Part shown: positions 12,125 through 24,966 of the stretch, piece by piece
How the letters are laid out: every line of letters starts with the position of its first letter
Position numbering within the stretch: the first letter of the stretch is position 1
Assembly: GCA_038087875.1 (NCBI GenBank)
Contig: CM075998.1
Span: 3,536,001 to 3,600,000, forward strand
Length of the DNA: 64,000 bases
Reading direction: 5' to 3'
DNA from: Malacoraja senta
Taxonomy: Eukaryota
Notes under the pieces: generated by a model
The model's database searches: none
What the model was told of the DNA's origin: nothing
The model's input: the letters and a program-made list of their open reading frames with translations, nothing else
Made by a program: the position numbers and the translations under genes

Positions 12125-13081
12125 ATAGAAACATAGAAACATAGAAAATAGGTGCAGGAGGAGGCCATTCGGCCTTTCGAGCTAGCACCATTCATTGTGA
12201 TCATGGCTGATCGTCCCCAATCAATAACCCGTGCCTGCCTTCTCCCCATATCCCTTGATTCCACTAACCCCTAGAGCTCCATCTAACTCTCTCTTAAATC
12301 CATCCAGTCATTTGGCCTCCACTGCCCTCTGTGGCTGAACTGAACTGAACTGCTTTATTTATAGAGCACTTTAAAAACAACCACTGTTGCAACAAAGTAC
12401 TGTACATGACTAATCATAAACATAAAACCAAACAATAAAAAATTTAAAGACAGTAAAAACAATAAAAAAACAATAGAAACACTAAAACAGGAACAAAGTC
12501 TCATACAGGGACAAAAGCCAAGGAATAGAAAAGGGTTTTAAGACTAGTTTTGAAAATGGACAGTGAAGGGGCCTGTCTAATGTGCAAAGGTAGAGTGTTC
12601 CATAATGTCGGAGCAGCAACAGAGAAGGCTCTATCCCCTCTGAGCTTCCGCTTAGACCTCGGTACCTCCAGGAGCAGCTGATCAGCTGACCTGAGGCACC
12701 GAGCAGGAGCGTAGGGATGAAGCAGCTCAGAGAGGTAAGGCGGGGCGAGACCATTTAAAGATTTAAAAACAAATAAATTCCCCTACAAATTCTCCTACAA
12801 ATTCCCAACTCTCTGGGTGAAAAAGTGTTTTCTCACCTCAGTCTTAAATGGCCTCCCCTTTATTCCAAGACTGTGGCCCCTGGTTCTGGACTCGCCCAAC
12901 ATTGGGAACATTTTTCCTGCATCTAGCTTGTCCAGTCCTTTTATAATTTTATATGTTTCTATAAGATCCCCCCCTCATCCTTCTAAACTCCAGTGAATAC
13001 AAGCCTAGTCTTTTCAATCTTTCCTCATATGACGGTCCTGCCATCCCAGGGATCAATCTCGTGAACCTACGCTGCACTGCA
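12125..13081 (-). mobile_element. CR1 LINE 3' end interrupted by L2
   Basis: VQRRFTRLIPGMAG.SYEERL; (ATGTTTCT)n tail. Confidence 0.85.
12336..12775 (-). mobile_element. L2-clade LINE 3' end
   Basis: GLAPPYLSELLHPY..RCLRSADQLLL.VPR...GDRAFSVAAPTLWNTLP; (TTCAG)n tail. Confidence 0.85.
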
Positions 13082-13662
13082 ACTCCAGGCGATATTTCTT
13101 CATTATGGAGCAACAATATGACTAAGTAACTGTCGTTTGTGCTTTTGCAAACGATCCTACACTCCTGCAAAAAGGCCCTGAATTAAACTCCTTTTGGAAT
13201 CTGCTCTTTATTGTGGTGAGAGTTTAAATTGCCCGTTTATTTACTTTGGGGGATATTTGCTCCTTCAGTCTTCTGCCACCCAGGAGTGGCCACAGTCTAC
13301 TGTCACGTGGCCAGCTCCCTTGGCCATCTGCTTAAGGAGCTACAGAATGTAAATGGACAGATCTACTCTTGAGAATGGGCCGCATGTTTTCGCATATCAT
13401 GGGTTGTTCGGGCGAATGGCAATTTCGCGCTCTGATTAGCCACAGGACACCCACTGTGGTATCGCTAAATATCTGGCCTCTGCCTCCCCTCCCTCAACAT
13501 CCCCCTCCCACCGGCCGTCACCTGTCGAACCCTCGGGGGTCGGTTTCGCTGTGGACCATGCAATGCCCTCCATCAGCACGAGGGGGTCGTGTTTGTGGCA
13601 GAGAGCCGGCTGATGAGTGTAGTTACGTATAATGGGGAGCCGAGCTTTGGAGCCGAGCAGTT

Positions 13663-14080
13663 AGAAACATAGAAACATAGAAAATAGGTGCAGGAGGAGG
13701 CCATTCGGCCCTTCAAGCCAGCACCGCCATTCATTCTGATCATGGCTGATCATCCACAATCAGTAACCCGTGCCTGCCTTCTCCCCATATCCCTTGATTC
13801 CATTAGCCCCAACTCTCTTTCAAATTCATCCAGTGAACTGGCCTCCACTGCCCTCTGTGGCAGGGAATTCCACAAATTCACAACTCTCTGGGTGAAAATG
13901 TTTTTTCTCACCTCAGTCTTAAATGGCCTCCCCTTTAATCTAAGACTGTGGCCCCTGGTTCTGGACTCGCCCAACATTGGGAACATTTTTCCTGCATCTA
14001 GCTTGTCCAGTCCTTTTATAATTTTATATGTTTCTATAAGATAGCCCCTCATCCTTCTAAACTCCAGTGAATACAAGCCT
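13663..14080 (-). mobile_element. CR1 LINE 3' end
   Basis: GLYSLEFRRMRGYLIETYKII...LWNSLPQ; ATGTTTCT tail. Confidence 0.9.
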
Positions 14081-14795
14081 AACAAGCCAAAGTTCTCAAT
14101 TTGTGGGTCGTGCATATGTTTTGCAAAGTAAGGATTTGATTGAGATGAAGGTACACAAAAATGCTGGAGAAACTCAGCGGGTGCAGCAGCATCTATGGAG
14201 CGAAGGAAATAGGCAACGTTTCGGGCCGAAACCCTTCTTCAGACTGCTTTGATTAAGATGATACGTGCAGTGAGATGGATGTTCATTCTGACAGGAATTC
14301 ATTGTTAGGTTTGCAGATCATAGAGCATTGAACTGCACAGCACTAGGACAGGCCCTTCGGCCCACAATGTCCATGCCGAACATGATGCCAAGGCCAGCTC
14401 TTATCTAGCTGCACATAATCCACATCCCTCCATCCCTTGCATGCCCATGTCTTTAATCGGTCTTTATTGGACTTTATCTTGCACTAAACGGTATTCCCTT
14501 TATCCTGCATCTGTACGGTGTGAATGGATTGATTGTAATCATGTATTGTCTTTCCGCTGACTGGGTAGCACACAATGAAAAAGCTTTTCACTGTACCTCG
14601 GTACACGCGACACTAAACTAAACTAAAATAAAATAGAACTAAACCTTAGAGACACAATGAACTGCAGATGTTGGAATTTTGAGCAAAATACAAAGTACAA
14701 GAGTACAAACTCAGCGGGACAGGCAGCGTCTGTGGAGGAAAATGGACTGACGATGTTTTGGGATGTTTCTTCAGACTCATGCTAATATCGCCTTA

Positions 14796-15725
14796 AGCCC
14801 CTGTCCCACTTTCACGACCTAATTGGCGACCTCTGCCGAGTTTGCCCTTGACTCATACTCGCAGCGTGGTCGCCACGAGGTCGTAGGAGGTCTTTGTCAC
14901 TCTTCCTCATGCTCGTGAGTGGTCTCCGCGTACCCGTGGCCTCAAGTAGGTCGCGGCTTTTTTTCCAGCCTGGTAAAAAATGTCCACGAGTAAAAAAAAG
15001 GTCGGCATGGAAAAAATTGACACTTTTCACTCGTAGGTAGGTCGTAGGTATGTCGTAGTAGGTCGTGATGGTAGTCGTAGGCCGTTGTAGGTCGGTGACT
15101 GGCCCGAGAAAAAAAATGCAAGCATGACATCATTTGATCATGTGATTATTTTCCACTCGTAGCTAGTCTTAGGTGTGGAAGACTGAGGTCAAGGGGGGTC
15201 GTAGACATAGTCGTAGGAGGTCGTAGACATAGTCGTAGGAGGTCGTAGACATGGACGTAGGGGGTCGTAGACATAGTCGTAGGAGGTCGTAGACATAATT
15301 GTAGGAGGTCGTAGACATAGTCGTAGGAGGTCGTAGACATAGTCGTAGGAGGTCGTAGACATAGTCGTAGGGGGTCGTAGACATAGTCGTAGGAGGTCGT
15401 AGACATAGTCGTAGGAGGTCGTAGACATAGTCATAGGAGGTCGTAGACATAGTCGTAGGAGGTCGTAAACATAGTCGTAGGAGGTCGTAGACATAGTCAT
15501 AGGAGGTCGTAGACATAGTCGTAGGAGGTCGTAGACATAGTCGTAGGAGGTCGTAGACATAGTCATAGGAGGTCGTAGGAGGTCGTAGACATAGTCGTAG
15601 GAGGTCGTAGACATAGTCGTAGGAGGTCTTTTACTTCGGCGAGTCAACACGACCGTGACATTTTTTTCAACTCGTCTAGGGCCTTCTAAACTCGTGGATT
15701 AGGTCGTCCAAGTGGGACAGGCCCT
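14796..15725. mobile_element. PIF/Harbinger-like MITE with an internal minisatellite
   Basis: CCTGTCCCACTT...AAGTGGGACAGGCCCT ends. Confidence 0.8.
15196..15628. repeat. 22-bp tandem minisatellite (GGAGGTCGTAGACATAGTCGTA), about 19 units
   Basis: Read directly; explains the repetitive ORFs at 15146-15650. Confidence 0.95.
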
Positions 15726-16191
15726 TAGATTGCTCAGTTTCAAACATAGGGAGTAAAAAAACTGAGAACACATCTACTCATCTACGATAGATTTCAAGTC
15801 TGACAATATTGGAGGCCACTGGGGAGCAAGAGGTCTCCCCATCTTGCCTCCAACTTAAGCACTGGGATATTTATGGCAATGCTCGAGTTTTGGAAAAGCT
15901 TCATTTTCATGCGGTTTGACAGGGTTAAATCAAGCAAGTGAAAAGACTTTCCTGTCACTTGGATTTAACAGCATGTTATTATTATTTTATTACCAAACTG
16001 TCACAACCCTTCTTTCCTTCTCAGTAGCACGATGGCTCCATGCAAGGTACAATCTAGTGATGCTAAGTTGAAGACCAGGAACTGCTTTCAGAGTTTCGTT
16101 CACCCATGGTTGTGAATCACGAGCATTGTCCCCCCACTAAAGAAGGGCCATCTCAAAAAGGTAGTTCATATTATCAAAAACCTACACCATC

Positions 16192-16614
16192 CTTCTTCCC
16201 CGTGGGTTGTCACCTTGTCGTGGTGGAGAAGCTTGTGTGGTCCTGAGATCCTGAGAGCGATGCCGTCTGGAGTTGTGCTCCTGGTAGGGCCACCCATGGC
16301 GGTAAGGTCGAGGGGGAGGTCTCTGACAAAGAGAAATCCAACCAAGACGTCAACGGTGGAACAGGCGGAGGGATGATGGCTGACCTTAGTGGAGCGTCAC
16401 AACGGCTGGGAAGACGGATAAGGCTGCAGCAGAAAAGGGTCTCCGGTCGTCTTGGACTCCATGCCACTGGATCCCGAGCCAGATCTGTCAAGGACCGTGG
16501 GGTGGCTGTCTGTGCACCAGTCTCCCCACGTTAAACAAAGTCACGCACAGTCGTCCTCCATATAGGGAATAGCACCCTGGAGACACCCATGGTCAGCCAT
16601 GACCAAAGGGAGCC
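16192..16614 (+). mobile_element. RTE/BovB-related non-autonomous element (5'UTR-like head)
   Basis: CCTTGTCGTGG...GGGCCACCCA...CTGACAAA motifs resemble recalled RTE/BovB 5'UTRs; no ORF. Confidence 0.55.
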
Positions 16615-16617
16615 TAA

Positions 16618-17053
16618 AGGGCCTGTCCCACGGGCATGCGACTCCATGCGGCAAGCGCGATCTAACCGCAAGCGGGGGCCGCGCGGAGGTCGAGTGATCC
16701 CCGTACAGGGCCGGTCCCACCAGCATGCGGCTGCATGCGGCAAGCGCTACCAATTCGGAAGCGGGGGCCGCGCGGAGGTCGAGTGACGTCAAGACGGTGC
16801 GTACGGCGGAGAGGCGGTGCGCACGGCCTCGATGCGGCTGCGTCCGGCGGCGAGGCGGTGCGCACGGAATTTTTGAACAGTGTCAGTTTTTCAGAGCCCC
16901 GTGCGATGTCGGGACCAGCTCCGCACAACTCCATACGGCTCCGGCGATCGAAGTGGGACCGGCCCCGCGACCTCCGCGCGGCCCCCGCACGGCCCCCGCT
17001 TGCGGTTAGGTCGTGCTTGCCGCATGGAGTCGCATGTCCGTGGGACAGGCCCT
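16618..17053. mobile_element. PIF/Harbinger-like MITE, GC/CpG-rich
   Basis: TIR AGGGCCTGTCCCACGGGCATGCGACTCCATGCGGCAAGC, TAA TSD; same family as 53201-53550 in the opposite orientation. Confidence 0.88.
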
Positions 17054-17517
17054 TAAGACACCACCCTGGTCACACTGTTACCAGTGTGAAGAGGGTACAG
17101 GAACCTGAAAAACGTGACCTCCAGGTTCAAGAACAGCTTCTTCCCAGCGACCATCAGGCTCTTGAACATGAAACAGCACTAACCTCAACCAGCAAACGTC
17201 TATGGACTGTCTTTGGTTGCACTGACTAGACATATTTTGCACTGGTATTCTGGTTATTAATGTATGTTATATTGTTTATTATATGTTATCTATGTGTATT
17301 TATAGGCTTGTTATTCCATTGGGTCTCTGTGCACTCCTGATCCACGAGCTCGAGGTTTTCAATCGCATCCCGAATGTTTAGTTTAGTTTAGAGATACAGC
17401 GCGGAAACAGGCCCTTTGGCCCAACGAGTCCGCACCCACCAGCAATCCCCACTTGTAAGACTTTCATTATTCTGTTGTCAGCACATGTGACAATTAAACA
17501 CTCTGGACCCTTTATTG

Positions 17518-17820
17518 TAGTTTAGTTAAATTTAGATATATAGCGCGTAAACAAGGCCATTCGGCCCACCGAGTCCGCGCCGACCAGTGAGTCCCCACAC
17601 ACTAACACTACCCTACACACACCAGGGACAATTTTACATTAATACCAAGACAATTAACCTACAAACCTGCACGTCTTTGGAGTGGAGATCTCGGAGAATA
17701 TCCACGCAGGTGATGGGGAGAAGGTACAAACTCCGTACAGACAGCACCCGTAGTCAGGATGGAACCCGGGTCTCTGGCGCTGTGAGGCAGCAACTCTACC
17801 GCTGCGCCACCGTGCCGCCC
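17518..17820 (-). mobile_element. HE1-like tRNA SINE
   Basis: GGGCGGCACGGTGGCGCAGCGGTAG head on the minus strand, shared tail. Confidence 0.88.
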
Positions 17821-18885
17821 AATTCTCTTAAAACAGCAACTCCTGACTGCGCCTCAGATATTTAACAACTTCTGAACTCAGTTTATGAAACTTTTGTTGT
17901 GTCAAAGGATTTTCATGTAAGGAAGCTTAGAAAAGAATCATTGTCATCTTTGTCACCTTTGATTGTTTCCAGCGATAATTCGCTTCAACTGCCCCGTGAC
18001 ATATGGACTAAATAGCAGATCCTGAGAGAAGGTCCCTCTGATATACAAGAAGGGTCAGGAAGGATATATAGTTTAAATCTATAATCTTCTGTTCGTACTC
18101 TGTCGCCTGGAGGCATTCCAAGAGCTTTGAAATCAAGTGCACACCAGCGATGTCTCCAGTAACTTCTTCCCTTCATGAAGCTTGCAGGCAATGTGAACTT
18201 TGTTCTGGGATACACGGCAGCTACAAAACAGTCAATTGAGATAAATTCTGTTTCACGGTAAACCCCTGATGGCATGAATCTAAAGGGATTGCTTTCCCTT
18301 GTTCGTGCCGTGTGTCAACATTCAATGGCCCATTAGCCAGTCCCGTCAGGAACACAAACATCCTTGAGAGGGTGTTGAATAGTCTGCCACTGGCTGGCAA
18401 CCAACCTTGCACTATGTGTGGGAAAGAAGTGCAGATGCTGGTTTAAACCGAAGCTAGACACAAAAAAGCTGGAGAAACTCAGCGGGACAGGCAGCATCTC
18501 TGGAGAGAAGGGATAGGTGACTCGGCGGGCTGAAGTCATGAATACCTAAGGGAATTTAGAAGGATTTAGAAATGTACGAATATATCTCGAATGAAGTTTT
18601 TTATCGTAGTAAATTATTCCATTCTTCTTTATTATCTTTTTTTTAAATTTTTTTTTATTTTTATTTTTATTTATTTTTTATTTATTTTTTATTTTTTTCC
18701 TTCTCTTTTTTCTCTTTCTTTCTTTATTTCATCTATATCTTTTTAGTTCTATTTAGTTTAAAAAAAAAGAAAAAAGTATTGGAGACATTGTAATAATAAT
18801 GGACGATATTAGTAATTTAAAAATGTAAGACTGGTATCGATTTTAATATGATATGTATCTACCTCCAATAAAAAAATAATTTCAC

Positions 18886-19295
18886 AGAAGGATGAGGGGG
18901 CATCTTATAGAAACATATAAAATTATAAAAGGACTGGACCGGCTAGATGCAGGAAAAATGTTCCCAATGTTGGGCCAGTCCAGAACCAGGGGCCACAGTC
19001 TTAGAATAAAGGGGAGGTCATTTAGGACTGAGGTGAGAAAAAACTTTTTCACCCAGAGAGTTGTGAATTTGTGGAATTCCCTGCCACAGAGGGCAGTGGA
19101 GGCCAAGTCACTGGATGGATTTAAGAGAGAGTTAGATAGAGCTCTAGGGGCTAGTGGAGTCAAGGGATATGGGGAGAAGGCAGGCACGGGTTTCTGATAG
19201 GGGACGATCAGCCATGATCACAATGAATGGCGGTGCTGGCTCGAAGGGCCGAATGACCTCCTCCTGCACCTATTTTCTATGCTTCTCTGTTTCCA
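18886..19295 (+). mobile_element. CR1 LINE 3' end
   Basis: ORF 18892-19197 is the CR1 ORF2 C-terminus; 3'UTR follows. Confidence 0.9.
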
Positions 19296-19427
19296 TGGAA
19301 TGGGTGCTAACAGAATGGGTGCTGACTAGTCTGCGGAATTCTCTGCCTCGGAGGGCGGCGGAGGCCGGTTCTCTGGATACTTTCAAGAGAGAGCTAGATA
19401 GAGCTCTTAAAGACAGCGGAGTCAGGG

Positions 19428-19963
19428 GGACAGACAAAAATGCTGGAGAAACTCAGCGGGTGAGGCAGCATCTATGGAGCGAAGGAAATAGACAATGTTT
19501 CGGGCTGAAACCCTTCTTCAGACTGATGTAAGGTTGGGGGGGAAGAAGAAAGGAAGAGGAGCCAGAGGGCTGAGGGAGAGCTGAGAAGGGGAGGAGACAA
19601 TAAGGGCTACTGGAAATTGGAGAAGTCAATGTTCATACCGCTGGGGTGTAAACTGTCCAAGCAAAATATGAGGTGCTGCTCCTCCAATTTATGGTGGGCC
19701 TCACTCTGGCCATGGAGGAGGCCCAGGACAGAAAGGTTAGATTCGGAATGGGAGGGGGAGTTGAAGTGCTGAGCCACCGGGAGATCAGGTTGGTTAATGC
19801 GGACCGAGCGGAGGTGTTCGGCGAAGCGATCGCCAAGCCTACGCTTGGTCTCACCGATGTAGATCAGCTGACATCTAAAGCAGCGGATGCAATAGATGAG
19901 GTTGGAGGAGATGCAGGTGAACCTCTGTCGCACCTGGAACGACTGCTTGGGTCCTTGAATGGA
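19428..19963 (-). mobile_element. Penelope-like element 3' fragment with an open GIY-YIG domain (19607-19933)
   Basis: NLIYCIRC..CQLIYIGETKRRLGDRFAEH...HKLEEQHLIF..GMN; hammerhead-like motif at ~19490-19523. Confidence 0.9.
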
Positions 19964-20577
19964 GAGAGTCAGGGGGATATGGGGAGAAAGCAGGAACGGG
20001 GTACTGATTGGGGATGATCAGCCATGATCACATTGAATGGCGGTGCTGGCTCGAAGGGCCGAATGGCCTACTCCTGCACCTATTGTCTATTGTCTATTGT
20101 CTATTGATGTCATCTCTGTTTCCATGCTATATCTCTGAACTAAACAAAACTAAACTTTCCCGCGCATATAACCAACTGTCTGTAATGAGCCTATTATCAA
20201 ATAGTATCTCACATATCAGGGATAACTTGGCGATTAAAGGTAAAGAGTTCCATCTCTCGGAGATCAGTTGGCGAGTGAGATATCAAGCAGCAAGTATTTT
20301 GCCCCATGGCTGTCAGTGAAATGGAACTGCTCTGATCTCCACTTCAAGGCGTGCAGTTGCATTTAATCCCTCAGATATTATTGTCAACAGAACCCGTCCT
20401 ATTGACATCTATTCATCTCAAAGCTTTTGATTTTTAATGGCGCGGAGTTTCAGGACACGGGCATTTCCAGGAGCGCTGAGTGAGGGTGAGCCAGAGTTTT
20501 AACATGGTTCCTGTTCCCTGGAATGGTTCAGTGAGACGTGGGTCTGAGTCACGGTTTCTTCAACCTGTGCCAAGATA

Positions 20578-20914
20578 AGGGCCTGTCCCACTTTCCTGAG
20601 TTATTCACGAATTCTCCTGAGTTATTCACGAATTCTCCCGAGTTTTCAAACTCGCAGAATGTCTGTAAGGAGTCCGTAGGAGTCCGTGGATATATCGTAG
20701 CGGCTCGTTATGCCAGCCGTAGGTACTCAGGGCTATTTTTTTACTCGTGGACATTTTTCATCATGCTGGAAAAAACGTCCCGACTTACCTGATGCCCCGA
20801 GTACCTTCGGCTGGCGTAACGAGCCGCTACGATATATCCACGGACTCCTACGGACTCGTTACGAACATTCTGCGATTTTGAAAACTCGGGAGAATTCGTG
20901 AATAACTCGGGAAA
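20578..20914. mobile_element. Harbinger-like MITE, right TIR truncated
   Basis: Left TIR present; long internal inverted repeat. Confidence 0.7.
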
Positions 20915-21015
20915 CCCAGGCCAGCGAAAGAGTGAGAGAGTTGCAGGAGGGCGTGGGGTAGTGGGGAATGAAGGACAGTTGGGCTTCCCTTTTAGCTTCA
21001 CTCCACACTAGTTAA

Positions 21016-21262
21016 AGAGCCTGTCCCACTTTCACGACCTAATTCACGACCTTTTTTACTCGTGGACATTTTTCATCAGGCTAGAAAAACGCCCCGACCT
21101 ACTTGATGCCACGAGTACCTACGACTAGCATCACGGCCTGCTACGACCTACCTACGACCTCCTACGACCTCCTACGACCTCGTGACGACCATGCTGCGAG
21201 TATGAGTCAAGGGCAAACTCGGCAGAGGTCGTGAGTTAGGTCATGAAAGTGGGACAGGCCCT
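21016..21262. mobile_element. Harbinger-like MITE
   Basis: TIRs with TAA/TTA flanks, ACGACCT micro-repeats. Confidence 0.85.
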
Positions 21263-23924
21263 TTAGACTTCCCACCATAATGAGTTCAGAGGGGAGGTTA
21301 GCTAAAGGTCAAACAGCTGAATGAAATGAGCTCAGACAAAATAAGAAGTTGTCTCGACCCGAAACGTCACCCATTCCTTCTCTCCAGAGATGCTGCCCGT
21401 CCCGCTGAGTTACTCCAGCATTTTGTGTCTACCATTCGATTTAAACCAGCATCTGCAGTTCCTTCCCACACACTTCTTCAGAGGGACCTGCTTTGTGTCA
21501 GGGGAGGCAGGCAGGCTGACAAGGCCCTCTCTCGACAGGCCTGTGATGCGGGTTGGGGTGGGGACATGGGAGCTATTAGCAGCCTTTGCTATGGCTGGGG
21601 TTACGGATCAGAACCAGAAGAAATGTCGGTGACATAACCAGATATGTGCTCAGACTGCTCTGCTCTTGATAAAATGGTTTTTAATTACTAGATTCAGCCT
21701 CCACAGGCACGAAGGCGATGTTTTTTGCACTATGTGAATACTAATGGATACACAAAACTCTATGCATTCATCTAACGCGACATGTTCATAGAGCCATAAA
21801 CACTCAATGGCGCTGCCTAACAGCTCCAGTTTCCCAGGCTCAATCCCAACCACCAGTGCTGTCCCTGTGGAGTTTGCATGTTCTCCCTGTAGACCTCTAG
21901 GACTTTATCCCTGGAGCCCAGGAGGCTGATGTGTGATCGTATAGAGGTGTATAAAATCACGGGGGGAATAGATAGATGAATGCACAAAGTCTTTTTCCTA
22001 GAGTAGGGGAATCAAGAATTAGAGGGGATAGGTTTAAGGTGAGAGGGGAAAAATTTAATAGTAATCTAGGGGGCAACTTTTTCACTCGGAGTGTGGTGGG
22101 TGTATGGAACGAGCTGCCAGACGAGGTACTGTAGCAGGTACTATAACAACATTTTAAATACACTTGGACAGGAAATGTCCAGAGGGATATGGGCCAAACA
22201 TGGGCAAATGGGCCTAGCTTAGATGGCTCATCTTGGTTGGCATGGATACGTTAGGCCAAAGAGCCTGTTTCCATGCTCTGGTCTGGTCTGATACTTTATT
22301 TGCAACATGTGAAAGTACAGTGTACAGTGAAATTCATTTTTGTATCCAGATCAGCACAAGTATCACTATACATAAGCACTTACGAATCTTTGAATCACTT
22401 CCCTCTGGAAGGCGACTCCGGACTGTCAAAGCTGCCACAGCCAGACATAAAAACAGATTTTTTTTCCACGAGTAGTAGCTCTACTCAATAACCAAAAATC
22501 TGTAGCCTCCTTTTGCTCTGGTATTTTATTTAATTCATATGTTTAATCGATAATTTTTATTATTAATGTTTAATGTTTTATGTGTCATTCCTAACTGTCA
22601 CTGTATTTCGTTGTCACTTGCGGGCGGAGCACCAAGGCAAATTCCTTGTATGTGAATACTTGGCCAATAAACTTATTCATTCATTCATTCATTAGATGTG
22701 CCAGGACAGCGGCTGGAAGACATACTATGAGCCCATAGAGGTGAGCTGTAGAGGCTTTGCAGGACGCTCACTCTGCAAAGTCCTCACCCAGTTGGGCATT
22801 ACGGGGCTGACAAAGAAGGGGGCCATTCAATCCGCAAGCGAAGCCGCGGAGAAAGTGGCTTTGGATTAAGAGAGCTGATCCGTGGGCGGTGGCTGCTGGG
22901 ACGCAAGTCGGGGCCTGATCAACCCCGGCTGGGTCGCCTGGGCGAGGGTGTCTGATGTTGTGAGACCCGAAACACCCACTTCTATTAAACCCAGCTATTT
23001 CTGCACATCCCCCAGTATCATGTGTGGAGTAAACAGTCAGGTGCATATTAGTTATTTATATTTTGTATTGGGCTTTTTTTTTTGCAAGCTTTCTTTCAAA
23101 TTTTTTGCAATGTAAATAAATTTCCTTCGAAAATTGCCTCCCTCAGCAATTTTCCATGTGTGTCTGGACAAGAACAATTTGTGATCATCTTAAATAGACA
23201 CAAAACGCTGGAGTAACTCAGCGGGACAGGCAGCATCTCTGGAGAGAAGGAATGGGTGACGTTTCGGGTCGAGACCCTTCTTCAGTCTGAGAGTCAGGGA
23301 GGGGGGAACTGCCCAGGTAGGGAGCATATCTTTAATTGTCTAGACCCGAAACTTCGCCCATTCCTCTCCAGAGATGCTGCCTGCCCCGCTGAGTTACCCC
23401 AGCATTTTGTGTCTATCTTCGGTTTAAACCAGCATCTGCAGTTCCTTCCAACACATGTGATCATCTTAATGCAGGCATGGATTGGAGCTCAGAGAGGAAA
23501 TAGTGCATGCATGTAGATAGTCAGTCACCCGAGTGGAATCTTAAACCATTGAGTACATTATGCAAGAAGCTTCAAAGAAATTACATGTGCACCACAGTGG
23601 CCACGAACGCACACACTGACATTTTACATTAGACCGTTGAAGGGAGCCATCAGATCCTGTCAGATCTCCTGGCTCTTGCCCAATGCTCTCTAAACCTTTG
23701 AGCAAGCTACACAGTGGTACAGCACTCACACGCACCCTACAGCCCATCGTACAGTTTTAGTTTAGTTTAGTTTAGAAATACAGCGCGGAAACAGGCCCTT
23801 CGGCCCGCCGGGTCCGCGCCAACCAGCGCTCCCCGCACACCAACACTATCCTACACCCACTCGGGACAATTTATACATTTACCAAGCCAATGGACCTGCA
23901 AACCCGTACGTCTTTGGAGTCTGA

Positions 23925-24216
23925 AGGGCCTGTCCCACTGTACGAGCTAATTCAAGAGTTCTCCCCGAGTTTCCCCTGATTCGAACTCGGAGAATTACGG
24001 TAATAGCCGCTCGTAGGTACTCGGGGCTCTCGTGAACATTTTTCAACACGTTGAAAAATCTTCACGAGCTTACCGCGTTTCCCAAGTACCTGCCCTTAGC
24101 GTTACGAGCCGCTAAGAGACGTACCCGCTACGTACATTCTACGTACTTACCACGAGATTGATTTTTTTAAAACTCGGGAGAGCTCTTGGGTAAACTCGTA
24201 TAGTGGGACAGGCCCT
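23925..24216. mobile_element. Harbinger-like MITE
   Basis: TIRs; same family as 41211-41527 and 51650-52006. Confidence 0.85.
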
Positions 24217-24966
24217 TTAGTTTAGAGATACAACATGGAGATGAGCCAAAGACAGACACAAAATGCTGGGGTAACTCAGCGGGACAGGCAGCATCTCCGG
24301 TGAGAAGGAACGGGTGATGTATACGGTCGAGACCTATCTTCAGACTGAGGGTCTCGACCCGAAACATCATCCATTCCTTCTCTCCAGAGATGCTGCCTGT
24401 CCCGCTGAGTTACTCCAGCACTTTGTGTCTGTATTCAGTGTGAACCAGCACTTGCAGTTCCTTCCTACACATGGAGACGAGCCCTTCGGCCCACTGAGTC
24501 CATGCTCAAATTGGATCACCCGTTGGCACAGTAGTTCTGTGTCCTGGCTCACTGAAGTCAGGAGTGACTCCATGTCATCTTTGTGTCATCTGCAAATTTG
24601 CAGATGACACAAAGCTGGGTGGCAGTGTGAACTGTGAGGAAGATGCTATGAGGATGCAGGGTGACTTGGACAGGTTGGGTGAGTGGGCAGATGCATGGCA
24701 GATGCAGTTTAATGTGGATAAATGTGAGGTTATCCATTTAGGTGGCAAAAACAGGAAGGCAGATTATTATCTGAATGGTGTCAAGTTGGGAAAAGGGGAA
24801 GTACAACGGGATCTGGGGGTCCTTGTTCATCAGTCACTGAAAGTATGCACACAGGTACAGCAGGCAGTGAAGAAAGCGAATGGCATGTTGGCCTTCATAA
24901 CAAGAGGAGTTGAGTATAGGAGCAAAGAGGTCCTTCTGCAGTTGTACAGAGCCCTAGTGAGACCAC

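Noticed and set aside
15146..15650. Repetitive ORFs (MSTTSYDYVYDLLRLCLRPP) and CRISPR-like periodicity
   Set aside because: Translation of a 22-bp tandem repeat; no unique spacers and no cas genes
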